Position numbers and translations under genes: made by a program
Origin: an uncultured Bacilli bacterium
GTDB lineage: Bacteria > Bacillota_I > Bacilli_A > RFN20 > CAG-826
Assembly (NCBI GenBank): GCA_944368975.1
Contig: CALVXI010000001.1
Span: 34,260-98,259, forward strand
Reading direction: 5' to 3'
DNA length: 64,000 bases
The notes under the pieces: model-generated
Database searches by the model: none
Told to the model about the DNA's origin: nothing
Seen by the model: the letters and a program-made list of their open reading frames with translations, nothing else
Shown here: positions 1-10,285 of the stretch, piece by piece
Layout of the letters: every line of letters begins with the position of its first letter
Position numbering within the stretch: the stretch's first letter is position 1

Positions 1-2643
1 TCTGATGCTATTAGTGATATAAAAGATATTGATGAATATTTTAATAGTTACTATGACAATTATCTTTCAAATGAAGCATTTGAAAGATTTATTATTAATA
101 ATATTCAAGAAGTTATTGATAATAAAATAGAAAGTCTAAAACACATAATTTCTCATTTATCAAATGAAGAATATAAAAGAAAAATGAATGTTAATTTAAG
201 TGAAATATTAGATAATTATTCATTAAAATATTTATCAGAAAATAAACCTAAAATTAAATTACCAAATAGACCTAGTGACGATGAAGAAGATATTGAAAGA
301 AAAAATGAAATTTCAGAAATTACTAAATTTATTAAAGAAACCGTTTATAGTGTTGATTATGACAATTTAGTTAAAGTAGACTTAAAAAATAATCAAGAAA
401 TTATTCCTTATATATTTAATATTGTTAAAAAATTAATTAATGAAACTAATAAATTTAAATCTAACTTTGGTTTTTATACTTTTAATGATATTGCTTTAAT
501 GGCCAAAAAATTATTAATAGAAAATGAAGATATTCGATTAGAAATTAAAAATAAGCTTAAATTAATAATGATTGATGAATATCAAGATACATCAAAATTC
601 CAAGAAGAATTTATCGATTTAATTAGTAATAACAATGTTTTTGTTGTAGGAGATATTAAACAATCTATTTATGCATTTAGAGGAGCTAATCCAAGTCAAT
701 TTAAGGATAAATACGATAATTATAAATATAAAAAATTAGGTCAAGCAATTGATATGAACGATAACTTTCGAAGTCGTGAAGAAATAAATAATGATATTAA
801 TAAATTATTTAGTGAAATTATGACTTTAAAACAAGGTGGAGCTGATTATCAACTTGAACATTTAATTAAAACTGGTAATAAAGAGTATAGTAAACTTAAA
901 ACAACTAATCCTCATGGAATTTTTGTTTTACCTTTTGAAACAAAAAAAGAAAGTGAAAATGATGAAGTAGAAGATGAGAAAAGTAATAATTCTGGAGTAA
1001 AGAAAAAGAAAATTGAAATAGATGCTTGCTTAGATGATGTTATTAAAAGAATTAATAATAAGATGCAAGTTATATATTCTTATTATAATGAAGAAGGCAA
1101 AAAAAATTTAGGATTACGAGATGCTAGTTTTAAAGATTTTACATTTTTAATAAATAAATCAACAGATTTCTATTTAATAGAGGAAATATGTAAAGAACGT
1201 GGAATTCCAATTAACGTTGTTCGAGATGAAAATTTAATTAGTGATGATGTAATAATTTCCTTAATTAGTTTATTAAAGTTAATTAATGGTTTAATGAATA
1301 ATGATTTATCGATATCTGATGAAAAACATTATTTTGTAAGTGTAGTCCGTAGTTTTTTATATTGTTATAGTGATGAAGAGATTTATAAATTGATTAAGAA
1401 TGACACTTATCGTCAAGATAATGTATATTTAAATATAAAAGAATTTAGTGTTAAACATAAAGATTCTTTATTAAGTGAAATTTATTTAGATACAATAAAA
1501 GAATTTAATTTTTTAGATAAAGTATCATTATTAGGAAATTCTCTTAATAAGTTAAATTATTTAAGAATTTTTTATGAAAGAACATTAATAATGGATAAAT
1601 TATGTTATAACCTTGAAGATTTTATTACTTACTTGGAGCGTTTAAATGATTTAGAAATTAAAATGACTAATAGAAAAGTTGGTGAAGCAAAAGATGCCAT
1701 TACTTTAACAACAATTCATAAATCAAAAGGGCTTGAATATAATATTGTTTATTTACCTTTATTATTTGCTAAATCTACACCTCAAGAAAAAGATCACTCA
1801 TTTTTTATTAACGCAAAGTATGGATTTTATTTACCAAGTCTTTATAATTCAAAAAATAAAACTTTACATGAGTTATTTTATAATGAATATGATAATCGAA
1901 ATGCTTATGATGAAAAAATTAGATTGTTATATGTTGCTTTAACTAGAGCAAAAGAGGAAGTAATTATCCCTTTAAGCGATGAAAATAGTAAAGCGATGGA
2001 TGATTTATTTGATGTTGATATAAGAAAAAGAATTGAAAATAGTCAAACTTTAGGTGAAATAATGTTTGCTTCGAAAGATATTAGTTTTGAAAAATCATAT
2101 TACCTAAATATGCCTTTAAAAACTAAAAAAACTGATGATACTAATAATCATAATAATAATGATGAAAAAATAATTATTGAAGCATTCAATAATTATACTT
2201 ATAAAACAAAAAAGAGTTTTAAAGCTAGTAAAGATCTTGATTTAAGTGTGAGTTTAAAGACTTTAAACTATGGTACTCATATTCATTTGTTAATGGAAGA
2301 AGTAGATTTTACTAATAAAGATACTAAATTTATTAAAAATAATAAGGAAAAAATAATGATTGATAAGATTTTAAAAAATGATATTTTTAATAACTTAGAT
2401 CAAGCAAAAATTTATAAAGAATATCAATTTATTAATGACGAATATAATATTGTTATAGATTTAATGATTGAGCATCAAGATTATATTGATATCATTGATT
2501 ATAAATTAAAAAATATTAGTGATGAGGAATATAAAGAGCAGCTTAATACTTATCGAAAAATAATCTTTTCATTATTTAAAAAGAAAGTAAAATGTTATTT
2601 ATTATCAATTATGGATAATGATTTAAAAGAGGTTTATGAATAA
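1..2643 (+). CDS. addA: UvrD-family helicase with C-terminal RecB-type nuclease (AddA/RexA-like), 5' end truncated by the window edge
   Basis: Frame 1 is open from nt 1, so the ORF-track start at 184 is internal. Helicase motif II 'IMIDEYQDTS' and motif III 'VVGDIKQSIYAFRGA' are present. The C-terminal 'IVIDLMIEHQDYIDIIDYK' matches the RecB-family PD-(D/E)xK nuclease motif. Motif I lies upstream of the window. Confidence 0.65.
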   Translation, partial: SDAISDIKDIDEYFNSYYDNYLSNEAFERFIINNIQEVIDNKIESLKHIISHLSNEEYKRKMNVNLSEILDNYSLKYLSENKPKIKLPNRPSDDEEDIERKNEISEITKFIKETVYSVDYDNLVKVDLKNNQEIIPYIFNIVKKLINETNKFKSNFGFYTFNDIALMAKKLLIENEDIRLEIKNKLKLIMIDEYQDTSKFQEEFIDLISNNNVFVVGDIKQSIYAFRGANPSQFKDKYDNYKYKKLGQAIDMNDNFRSREEINNDINKLFSEIMTLKQGGADYQLEHLIKTGNKEYSKLKTTNPHGIFVLPFETKKESENDEVEDEKSNNSGVKKKKIEIDACLDDVIKRINNKMQVIYSYYNEEGKKNLGLRDASFKDFTFLINKSTDFYLIEEICKERGIPINVVRDENLISDDVIISLISLLKLINGLMNNDLSISDEKHYFVSVVRSFLYCYSDEEIYKLIKNDTYRQDNVYLNIKEFSVKHKDSLLSEIYLDTIKEFNFLDKVSLLGNSLNKLNYLRIFYERTLIMDKLCYNLEDFITYLERLNDLEIKMTNRKVGEAKDAITLTTIHKSKGLEYNIVYLPLLFAKSTPQEKDHSFFINAKYGFYLPSLYNSKNKTLHELFYNEYDNRNAYDEKIRLLYVALTRAKEEVIIPLSDENSKAMDDLFDVDIRKRIENSQTLGEIMFASKDISFEKSYYLNMPLKTKKTDDTNNHNNNDEKIIIEAFNNYTYKTKKSFKASKDLDLSVSLKTLNYGTHIHLLMEEVDFTNKDTKFIKNNKEKIMIDKILKNDIFNNLDQAKIYKEYQFINDEYNIVIDLMIEHQDYIDIIDYKLKNISDEEYKEQLNTYRKIIFSLFKKKVKCYLLSIMDNDLKEVYE

Positions 2644-3286
2644 AGAAGTATTAAATTTAATTGAGATATACACTAAAGAAAGTAAAGAATTACAAAAAGC
2701 TTTAGCTTTTAAATATAACTGGTTAAATAAAAAATTTATTATCGAAGGAAATTTAGATTTCACTTTTGATAATAGCGGACTTAAACATTATGATTTTATT
2801 GAGTCTTTATATGATGGAATTATATTATTAAAAAAACCAAGAATCGAAGAAGAATATTTTACAAGCGATGAAATAGAATATATTAAATTTTTTACTGAAG
2901 ATCTTTTAGCATTGGAGTTATATGATGAAATTCCTAAAAATAGTAAAGATAATTTTTTTATTGAATTAGATTTTACTAAATTGGAATTATCTGAATATAA
3001 TTCTTTATTTGCTAATTTTTATCGTACAATAGATTTTAAAGATTTAGATATTAATTTAAAAAAACCTGATTTTTATGAAGTTATAAAATGTCTAATTATT
3101 CGAAAAAGACTGCAAAACCTCATTATTTTAACTAAAAATCAATATATCGATAATAAAATTTATTTACCAATTATTTCTAAAATTTATATCAATAATAAGA
3201 CTAGTAGAAAATTAGTAGAAACTTTGGAGGAAATTAGTAATAAGTTTAAAGTGGAGGTTATAAATTATGAGGACAATAATTTTTGA
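2636..3286 (+). CDS. hypothetical protein, translationally coupled to upstream helicase-nuclease
   Basis: 216-aa ORF whose start overlaps the addA stop by 8 nt. No recognisable motif. Confidence 0.4.
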   Translation: MNKEVLNLIEIYTKESKELQKALAFKYNWLNKKFIIEGNLDFTFDNSGLKHYDFIESLYDGIILLKKPRIEEEYFTSDEIEYIKFFTEDLLALELYDEIPKNSKDNFFIELDFTKLELSEYNSLFANFYRTIDFKDLDINLKKPDFYEVIKCLIIRKRLQNLIILTKNQYIDNKIYLPIISKIYINNKTSRKLVETLEEISNKFKVEVINYEDNNF

Positions 3287-4424
3287 TAAAGAAACTTTTT
3301 TAAGGTTTGCTAAATTAATCAATACTCCTGACTATATTAATCTTGATACATTTTATGATGTTTATAAGGCAGTTAATGAAGGTGTTGTTGATGTAATGAA
3401 TAAAACTGAAGGTTTTAAATTTACTCCAATTAATCCCGGAACAATCATCCTTTATATCGTTAATGAATTTATATTTTCATTAAAAAATTATTCTTTAGAT
3501 AAAAAGATTGCTTTACAAAATGATGAAAATTTTCTTTCACAACTTGCTTCAACATGTGCCGATAAATATTTAACTAATGAGCAACTTAATTATAAATCAA
3601 CTTCCTATTTAAATAGATTTAATCCACCTATTTCAACGCTTTCTTTATATTTAAATTTTACTTTGAGAACTTTAAACGAAATTAAACCTTCAGATAAATA
3701 TAACGAACTAATTAGCGATATGTTAAAAAAAGCATTTTCGATGGGAAAATGCATTTTAGAACTATTAAACGATGGATTTGAAACTGAAGCCTTTTCAACC
3801 TGGAGAACACTTCACGAAAATGAATGCATTTTAACTTGTTTAATTAAATACGGTGAAAATATTTTCAATGCTTATTTCCGTCACATTACTTATGCCTTAG
3901 CTTATAGAGGACAAGTAAAAGACAAAGAAGAATGCGATAAAATCTTTGTGGAAATTAAAGAAAATATGAAAAAGCATGATCTTAAAAGTAAAGATATGAA
4001 GAAATATATTGAATATGGTTATTTATTTGCTATTCCAAACATTAAACTTAATGAGGATTTTAAATTAAATTTCCGTGATGGTATTGAAAAACTAGCTGGT
4101 TTAAGTGGTTATTCAAAAACATATGAGATGAGTAGTGAAATATCTCATTCCTCCCCACTTCTTATTTTTTCAAATAAAGAATATTATTTTGTTGTCACTT
4201 TAGTAAATTTATATGAAACTTTCTTTAGATTAGAAAATATTTTTGATCAATTTTATCGTCACTTTACTAAAAAAGAGCTTTGGACTCAATATTACATGTT
4301 AAAAAACACATATATTCGTCAATTACACTTTATTTATTTAGAACTTGTTAATAAAGTTAAAAAAAGTACTATCACGAGTGATAGTACTAAGGAAAATAAA
4401 GAGTCAAAAAATATTAATAATTAA
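3267..4424 (+). CDS. hypothetical protein
   Basis: 385-aa ORF overlapping the previous ORF by 20 nt. Soluble, no recognisable catalytic motif. Confidence 0.4.
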   Translation: MRTIIFDKETFLRFAKLINTPDYINLDTFYDVYKAVNEGVVDVMNKTEGFKFTPINPGTIILYIVNEFIFSLKNYSLDKKIALQNDENFLSQLASTCADKYLTNEQLNYKSTSYLNRFNPPISTLSLYLNFTLRTLNEIKPSDKYNELISDMLKKAFSMGKCILELLNDGFETEAFSTWRTLHENECILTCLIKYGENIFNAYFRHITYALAYRGQVKDKEECDKIFVEIKENMKKHDLKSKDMKKYIEYGYLFAIPNIKLNEDFKLNFRDGIEKLAGLSGYSKTYEMSSEISHSSPLLIFSNKEYYFVVTLVNLYETFFRLENIFDQFYRHFTKKELWTQYYMLKNTYIRQLHFIYLELVNKVKKSTITSDSTKENKESKNINN

Positions 4425-6079
4425 ACATTATTTTTAGTTTTACCATCTCGATAACAACTTCCGCCAATAAATTCGCGTAATAAGGAATTACATGGAACCC
4501 ATTTTTCATCGACATCTTTAAAGTATTTTAATAAGCGAATTAATCTTTCGGCATCTGGGAAATATTGATTATCATGATCAATTTTTGTTAATAATGGCAT
4601 TGCATATTTTTTTAATACGCAGAGTTCATAATTTAAGAAACTATCGAAAACATAATTAGCATCTTCTTGAGTGTCATAAATCCATTTAAACTCACCCTTT
4701 CTAACATTTGGCCACATCGAGAAAGTTTCGATAGCACTAGCATTACGATATTTATAATCGCGAACGATTCTTCTTAATAGACGAATATCTGTGATAGAGA
4801 TAGGATTTTCTCTATCAATATTAATTTGAGCTTGAGGGGAAATATAAATTTTAAATTTTAAATATTTTGGAATTAAAGAAGTCATTTCTTCATTTAAAGC
4901 ATGAATTCCTTCAATTACTACTGGATCATGTTCACCTATTTTAATAGTGCGACCTTTTTTTCTAGAATTACTCTTAAAATCAAAAATTGGTAAAGTAACT
5001 ACTTTCCCGTTTAATAAATCAATTAAATCTTGATTAAATTGAGCTTTATCAAGAGCATCAATAGATTCAAAATCCCTTGAACCATCATCAGCAAATGGAA
5101 CTTCCTCACGATTTTTATAGTAGTCATCAATAGAAATACGAGTAGGATGAATACCACGACTTTCAAGTTCCATAACTAATCGATCACTAAAAGTAGTTTT
5201 TCCACTACTTGATGGACCTGCAATACATATTAAACGTATATTATTGATTCGGTCTTCAATTCTTTGCCCAAGTTCACATAGCATTCTATTATGTTTATTT
5301 TCACATAAATTAATTAATTCAACTGCTTCTTTATTTTTAATATTGTAGTTAATACGACTAACACTATCTAAACTAACTAAATTTCCCCAATATTGAGCTT
5401 CATTTAAGGCGCTTGAGAAGGTTGGCTCATCTTTAAAGTCAGGAATTTCACCATTCATTTCACTTCGAGGATAAGAAATTAATAATCCTGGGCTATAAAC
5501 ACGAATATCGAATTTTTGTAAATATCCGGTACTTGGAACCATTCTTCCAAACATGTAGTTATAATAATCATCACACTTATAGAAGTGGACAGTTTTTTCT
5601 GGACGGTATTTTAATACTTTAACTTTGTCATCATATCCAAATTTTTTATATAAATCTAATGCTTTTTCTTTTTCAACAATAATTCTTTCAAGTGGTAAAT
5701 CTTTATCGACTAATTCATGCATTTTATCTTCGATTGTATTAACCATATTGACGTTAAGTAATTTATTTTTATTGATTACTTGAGCATAAATTGATCTATT
5801 AACTGAATAAGTTAACTTAAACTTTAAATCAGGATAAACTTTATGGGCAGCCATTAAAAATAAATATCGAATACTTGCTTCATATACACCCATTGCACTA
5901 TGATCTTTAAGGGTTAAAAAATCAACTTTTGAATCCTTATCTATTTCATAATTTAAATCTCTAGTGAAATTATTTACACGAGCACAAATTATATTTTTAT
6001 CATTGTTAGTTAAATCAATAAGCTTAATTTTTTTGTCGAAAAAAAGTTCTTGCTCCTTAAGAGTAATTTTAAATCCCAT
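4421..6079 (-). CDS. uridine kinase/phosphoribulokinase-family P-loop kinase with N-terminal extra domain
   Basis: P-loop 'IAGPSSSGKTT'. Udk-like C-terminal block 'IRLLRRIVRDYKYR...' is present. Start chosen at 'MGFKITL', preceded by a GGAGGT RBS on the minus strand. The ORF-track start 33 nt further upstream lacks an RBS. Confidence 0.55.
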   Translation of the reverse strand: MGFKITLKEQELFFDKKIKLIDLTNNDKNIICARVNNFTRDLNYEIDKDSKVDFLTLKDHSAMGVYEASIRYLFLMAAHKVYPDLKFKLTYSVNRSIYAQVINKNKLLNVNMVNTIEDKMHELVDKDLPLERIIVEKEKALDLYKKFGYDDKVKVLKYRPEKTVHFYKCDDYYNYMFGRMVPSTGYLQKFDIRVYSPGLLISYPRSEMNGEIPDFKDEPTFSSALNEAQYWGNLVSLDSVSRINYNIKNKEAVELINLCENKHNRMLCELGQRIEDRINNIRLICIAGPSSSGKTTFSDRLVMELESRGIHPTRISIDDYYKNREEVPFADDGSRDFESIDALDKAQFNQDLIDLLNGKVVTLPIFDFKSNSRKKGRTIKIGEHDPVVIEGIHALNEEMTSLIPKYLKFKIYISPQAQINIDRENPISITDIRLLRRIVRDYKYRNASAIETFSMWPNVRKGEFKWIYDTQEDANYVFDSFLNYELCVLKKYAMPLLTKIDHDNQYFPDAERLIRLLKYFKDVDEKWVPCNSLLREFIGGSCYRDGKTKNNV

Positions 6080-6174
6080 ATTGGATACCTCCGGTAGAAA
6101 ATATATTAACATAAAATTTTTAAAAATTGAATAAATAAAGTTATTTTTGCAAGGTTTTAGAGTATAATAAATGT

Positions 6175-7101
6175 ATGATAAACATTTTACTTACATGGAA
6201 CGAATTTTGGGTAAATATTGGTGAATTTTTTAAACGTATTGGCAATGATTTATATACATTTTGGATTAATCCAAGTGAAGGAACACCATATTTAGCAACT
6301 TTCTTATTTGCGTTAGTTTACCTTGTCTTAGGTTATTTCCTTATTAAATTAATTAATAAAATTATAAGAAAGTTATTTAAGATTAATAAAAGAAGATTTA
6401 CTAACGATAAAACAATTAAAAATTTTATTGCTAAATGTATAAGTGTTTTACTTTATCTATTCTTAGTTTTTTCATTTTTAGCAATGCTTGGCGTTTCTTT
6501 AAATGGAGTAGCTCAAATATTCTCTAGTGCAATTTTAGCAATTGGTTTATCACTTCAAGATGTTATAAGTAATTTTGCAAGTGGATTAATAATTTTAACA
6601 AGTAAACCATTTATAACCGGTGATTATGTTAATTTTAATAATGGTGAAGCAGAAGGAAGCGTCGTTGATGTTAGATTTTTATCGACAATTTTAGAAACTC
6701 CTGATAAACAAGTAATAACAGTTCCTAATAAAACGATTACAAGTTCAGTGATAATGAATTATTCAACTGCTAAAAATAGAAGAGTTAATATAATTGTTGG
6801 AGTTAATTATGATAGTGACATTGACTTAGTAAAAGAAACATTATTAAGTTTAGCTAACGATGATCCTAGGACTATTAAAGAAATAACTCCTGTTTGTTAT
6901 TTAGCTAAATTAAATGAATACTCTTTGGATTTTTCATTAAGATTTTATGTTAAAAATGAAGATTATTGGGATGTTGTATTTAAAATTAACGAATTAGTTA
7001 TTAAGAAATTTAGAGAAAAGAATATCGACATTCCATTTAAAAGAATTGACATTTATGACTTAAATGACAAAAAAGTTGATTTAAATAAAGAAACGAATTA
7101 A
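6175..7101 (+). CDS. mscS: small-conductance mechanosensitive channel (MscS family)
   Basis: N-terminal TM helices followed by the MscS beta-domain signature 'ITGDYVNFNNGEAEGSVVDVRFLSTILETPDKQVITVPNKTI'. Confidence 0.75.
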   Translation: MINILLTWNEFWVNIGEFFKRIGNDLYTFWINPSEGTPYLATFLFALVYLVLGYFLIKLINKIIRKLFKINKRRFTNDKTIKNFIAKCISVLLYLFLVFSFLAMLGVSLNGVAQIFSSAILAIGLSLQDVISNFASGLIILTSKPFITGDYVNFNNGEAEGSVVDVRFLSTILETPDKQVITVPNKTITSSVIMNYSTAKNRRVNIIVGVNYDSDIDLVKETLLSLANDDPRTIKEITPVCYLAKLNEYSLDFSLRFYVKNEDYWDVVFKINELVIKKFREKNIDIPFKRIDIYDLNDKKVDLNKETN

Positions 7102-7163
7102 TAAAATATTAAAAAATAAATTGAAATAGTTTAAAATAATTTTAGTATTAGAGGTGTCTAGAA

Positions 7164-8357
7164 ATGAGAAATTTCGTATTTATATCGCCACATTTTCCAG
7201 ATAGTTACTGGAAATTTTGTCTTAGTTTAAAAAATAGAGGATTTAATGTATTAGGTATTGGAGATGCTCCATATTTTGAAATACCTGATCAATGTAAGTT
7301 TGCTTTGACAGAATATTATTGTTGTCAAAATATGGATGATTATGAAAATTTAAAGCGTGCCGTTAAATATTTTGAAGATAAATATGGCCATATAGATTTT
7401 CTTGAATCAAATAATGAATATTGGCTTGAAAAAGATGCTAAATTACGTGAAGACTTTAATATTAATACTGGTGTTAAACCTGATGAAGTTCGTTACTTTA
7501 AACATAAATCACTTCAAAAGGAAATTTTTACTAGAGCTGGGTGTAAAGTAAGTCGATATATTTTACTAGATACTTATGAATCATTAGTTAAATTTTCTAA
7601 ACAAGTTGGTTATCCAATATTTGCTAAACCAGATAATAGCGTTGGAAGTCATGGAACTTATAAAATTAATAATGATGAAGAATTAAAAGCGTTTTATAAT
7701 AAAGTTGATAAATCGGTACCATATATTATTGAAGAATTTGTTAGTGGAAGAATTATATCTTTTGACGGAGTTAGTGATTCAAAAGGTAATGTTATTTTCT
7801 CAACATGGAATATCTTTTTAGATAGCGTTGCTAATATTGTAAATGATAATCTAGATGATATGTATTATTGTGATCCTAATATTGATCCAGTATTTAATGA
7901 AATTGGTAAAAAAGTTGTTAAGGAGTTTAATTTAAAAAATCGTTTCTTTCATATAGAATTTTTTAAACTAAAAGAAGATCATCCTTATTTAGGAAGTAAA
8001 GGAAGTTATATACCTTTAGAAGCTAATATGCGTCCTGCTGGAGGATATACTCCTGATTTAATTGATTATGCTAATAGTATTTCTGTATATGATATTTATG
8101 CTGATTCAATCGCTTATGATGAAAATAAAGAAGTACCAGGCGATAAAAAATATTATGCAATAACTTCAAGTAGAAGATTTAATCTTAATTATTTGCATTC
8201 TAATGAAGAAATCTTATCGAAATATAAAAATCATATTACGATGAGTGGCGAATATCCTTTAGCAATTAGAGACGCTATGGGAGATTACTATTATTTTGCT
8301 AAATTTGATACATTAGAAGAAGCACTTGAATTTGATAACTTTGTAAGAGGCAAGTAA
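7164..8357 (+). CDS. ATP-grasp domain protein (predicted carboxylate-amine ligase)
   Basis: ATP-grasp-like core 'PIFAKPDNSVGSHGTYKINNDEEL...YIIEEFVSGRIISFDG'. RBS AGAGGTG. The stop abuts ppa. Confidence 0.45.
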   Translation: MRNFVFISPHFPDSYWKFCLSLKNRGFNVLGIGDAPYFEIPDQCKFALTEYYCCQNMDDYENLKRAVKYFEDKYGHIDFLESNNEYWLEKDAKLREDFNINTGVKPDEVRYFKHKSLQKEIFTRAGCKVSRYILLDTYESLVKFSKQVGYPIFAKPDNSVGSHGTYKINNDEELKAFYNKVDKSVPYIIEEFVSGRIISFDGVSDSKGNVIFSTWNIFLDSVANIVNDNLDDMYYCDPNIDPVFNEIGKKVVKEFNLKNRFFHIEFFKLKEDHPYLGSKGSYIPLEANMRPAGGYTPDLIDYANSISVYDIYADSIAYDENKEVPGDKKYYAITSSRRFNLNYLHSNEEILSKYKNHITMSGEYPLAIRDAMGDYYYFAKFDTLEEALEFDNFVRGK

Positions 8358-8885
8358 ATGAAAAAAGATTTATTTAAAAATTTCTATGATAAACCTTTAA
8401 ATGAAGAAAGTTTTTTTGCACTTATTGAAATTGAAAAAGGTAGTAAAAATAAGTATGAATTTGATTTAGATACAGGTTTTTTAAAGCTTGACCGTATTTT
8501 ATATACATCAACTCACTATCCACATAACTATGGATTCATTCCATTAACTTTAAGTGAAGATGGTGATCCACTTGATGTATTAGTTATTTGTAGTGAACCA
8601 ATTTTACCAATGTCAATTGTCGAATGTAAACCTATTGGAGTTTTAGAGATGCTCGATAGTGGTAAAAAAGATTATAAGATTATGGCTGTTCCAAAAAAAG
8701 ATCCTTTTTATAATACTTATAATGATATTAGTGAATTACCAGAGCATATAAGCGAAGAAATTTCTCACTTTTTTAAAGTTTATAAAACATTAGAAAATAA
8801 AAACACTGAAATTGGTGGACTTTATGGGAAAGAAGTAGCTCAAAAAGTTCTAAAAGAATGCATATTAGCTTATCAAAAAGATTAA
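8358..8885 (+). CDS. ppa: inorganic pyrophosphatase (family I)
   Basis: Classic family I signature 'DGDPLDVLV'. Length 175 aa. Confidence 0.9.
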   Translation: MKKDLFKNFYDKPLNEESFFALIEIEKGSKNKYEFDLDTGFLKLDRILYTSTHYPHNYGFIPLTLSEDGDPLDVLVICSEPILPMSIVECKPIGVLEMLDSGKKDYKIMAVPKKDPFYNTYNDISELPEHISEEISHFFKVYKTLENKNTEIGGLYGKEVAQKVLKECILAYQKD

Positions 8886-9733
8886 TTTTCTTTTAAAATT
8901 CGATTAAGTTTTTCTAAGGCGATGGTATGGTAAATTCTATCGCCTCTTTTTTTGAATAAATATAAAGCCCAATAATAGAACAATAAATCAAGGAAATTAA
9001 TAAAAATCTTTGTTCTTTTTCTTTTAGTTAAATTAAGTTTACTTCCAAAATATTTACTTAAGAAAAATTCTTCTTGAGTTTCGTTTAAATTATTTTCACT
9101 TATAAAACTTGCTAAATCAAAATAAGGATTATTCATTGAAGAATATTCCCAGTCAATTAAAACTAATCCACCATTATTTTTAAATAGTAAATTATTTTTA
9201 ACTAAATCATTATGACACATAACCATTTGATCTTTTGACAAAATGGATTTAACTTGATTGATAATCTTTCGTTCAATTTTTTCATCGATATAAACGCTTG
9301 AGGATAAACTTTCTTTATAAACTTTTAATTTATAAAACATTTGATAACCAAAATTAACTTTAACTTCAGAGTTATGAAGTTTTTTTAATGTTTTAGCTAC
9401 ATAAGTGATTTGCTCATTAGTAGGTGTATTTACATATTCTCTCGTATTATGAACGAATTTAGAAATTTTAATTCCAGAATTAGTATCAAAATGAAGTATT
9501 TTTTCTGAAACTTTTAAATTTTCAATTGCTTTGTAAGATGCTAATTCGTTAGTGAAGGTAATGGTCTCGTCTTTATTATCTTTAGGAATTCTTATAACGT
9601 AAGCATCGTTTATTAAATAATTTTCATTATTAAATCCATTTTCAATTTTAGTAATTGAACGAATTTTTTTATTTAGGGTTGTTTCAAATAATGTTTTAAT
9701 ACTTTGTTTCATATTGATATAATCATACAACAT
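8882..9733 (-). CDS. choline/ethanolamine kinase - aminoglycoside phosphotransferase family protein
   Basis: Brenner/APH motifs 'HNDLVKNNLLF' and 'LIDWEYSSMNNPYFDLA'. Confidence 0.65.
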   Translation of the reverse strand: MLYDYINMKQSIKTLFETTLNKKIRSITKIENGFNNENYLINDAYVIRIPKDNKDETITFTNELASYKAIENLKVSEKILHFDTNSGIKISKFVHNTREYVNTPTNEQITYVAKTLKKLHNSEVKVNFGYQMFYKLKVYKESLSSSVYIDEKIERKIINQVKSILSKDQMVMCHNDLVKNNLLFKNNGGLVLIDWEYSSMNNPYFDLASFISENNLNETQEEFFLSKYFGSKLNLTKRKRTKIFINFLDLLFYYWALYLFKKRGDRIYHTIALEKLNRILKEN

Positions 9734-9763
9734 TTTTAACTAGTTTTGTGTTAAGATTTTAAT

Positions 9764-10285
9764 ATGAATTGCATTATTTTATTTGAACCTGAAAAACCAT
9801 CAAATGTTGGAAATATTATGAGAACATGTGTTGCAACAAATTCTAAATTAATAATTGTTGGAAAATTGACTTTTCCTCTTAATGATAAAAGTTTAAAAAG
9901 AGCAGGAATGGATTATATTGAATCTTTAGATTTTGAATATTACGAATCTTTAGATGAATTATTTAAACATTATGATGAGAATAAAATTTATTATGTGACT
10001 AGATATAGCAACAATTTATATTCAGAAATAGATTTTCATGATGTTATAGAAGATACTTATTTAATGTTTGGAAAAGAAAGTAGTGGAATTCCTAAAGACT
10101 TACTTTCAAAACATTTAGATCATACTATTAGAATACCAATGGCAATAAACGCTCGTAGTTTAAATTTATCTAATAGTGTAGCAATAACTTTATATGAAGT
10201 ATTAAGACAACAAAAATATTTTGGATTAAGTTTAAAAGAAGAAATAAAAGGAGAAGATTATTTAAATAAATTTAAAAACGATTAG
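9764..10285 (+). CDS. trmL: tRNA (cytidine/uridine-2'-O)-methyltransferase TrmL (SpoU/TrmH family)
   Basis: Length 173 aa. SPOUT motifs 'NVGNIMRTC', 'MFGKESSGIP' and 'IRIPM...RSLNLSNSVAITLYE'. Confidence 0.8.
   Translation: MNCIILFEPEKPSNVGNIMRTCVATNSKLIIVGKLTFPLNDKSLKRAGMDYIESLDFEYYESLDELFKHYDENKIYYVTRYSNNLYSEIDFHDVIEDTYLMFGKESSGIPKDLLSKHLDHTIRIPMAINARSLNLSNSVAITLYEVLRQQKYFGLSLKEEIKGEDYLNKFKND

Noticed and set aside
1733-1942. 69-aa + strand ORF inside the addA coding region
   Set aside because: It lies fully within the helicase-nuclease gene in another frame and is low-complexity and hydrophobic. It is an AT-rich frame artefact.
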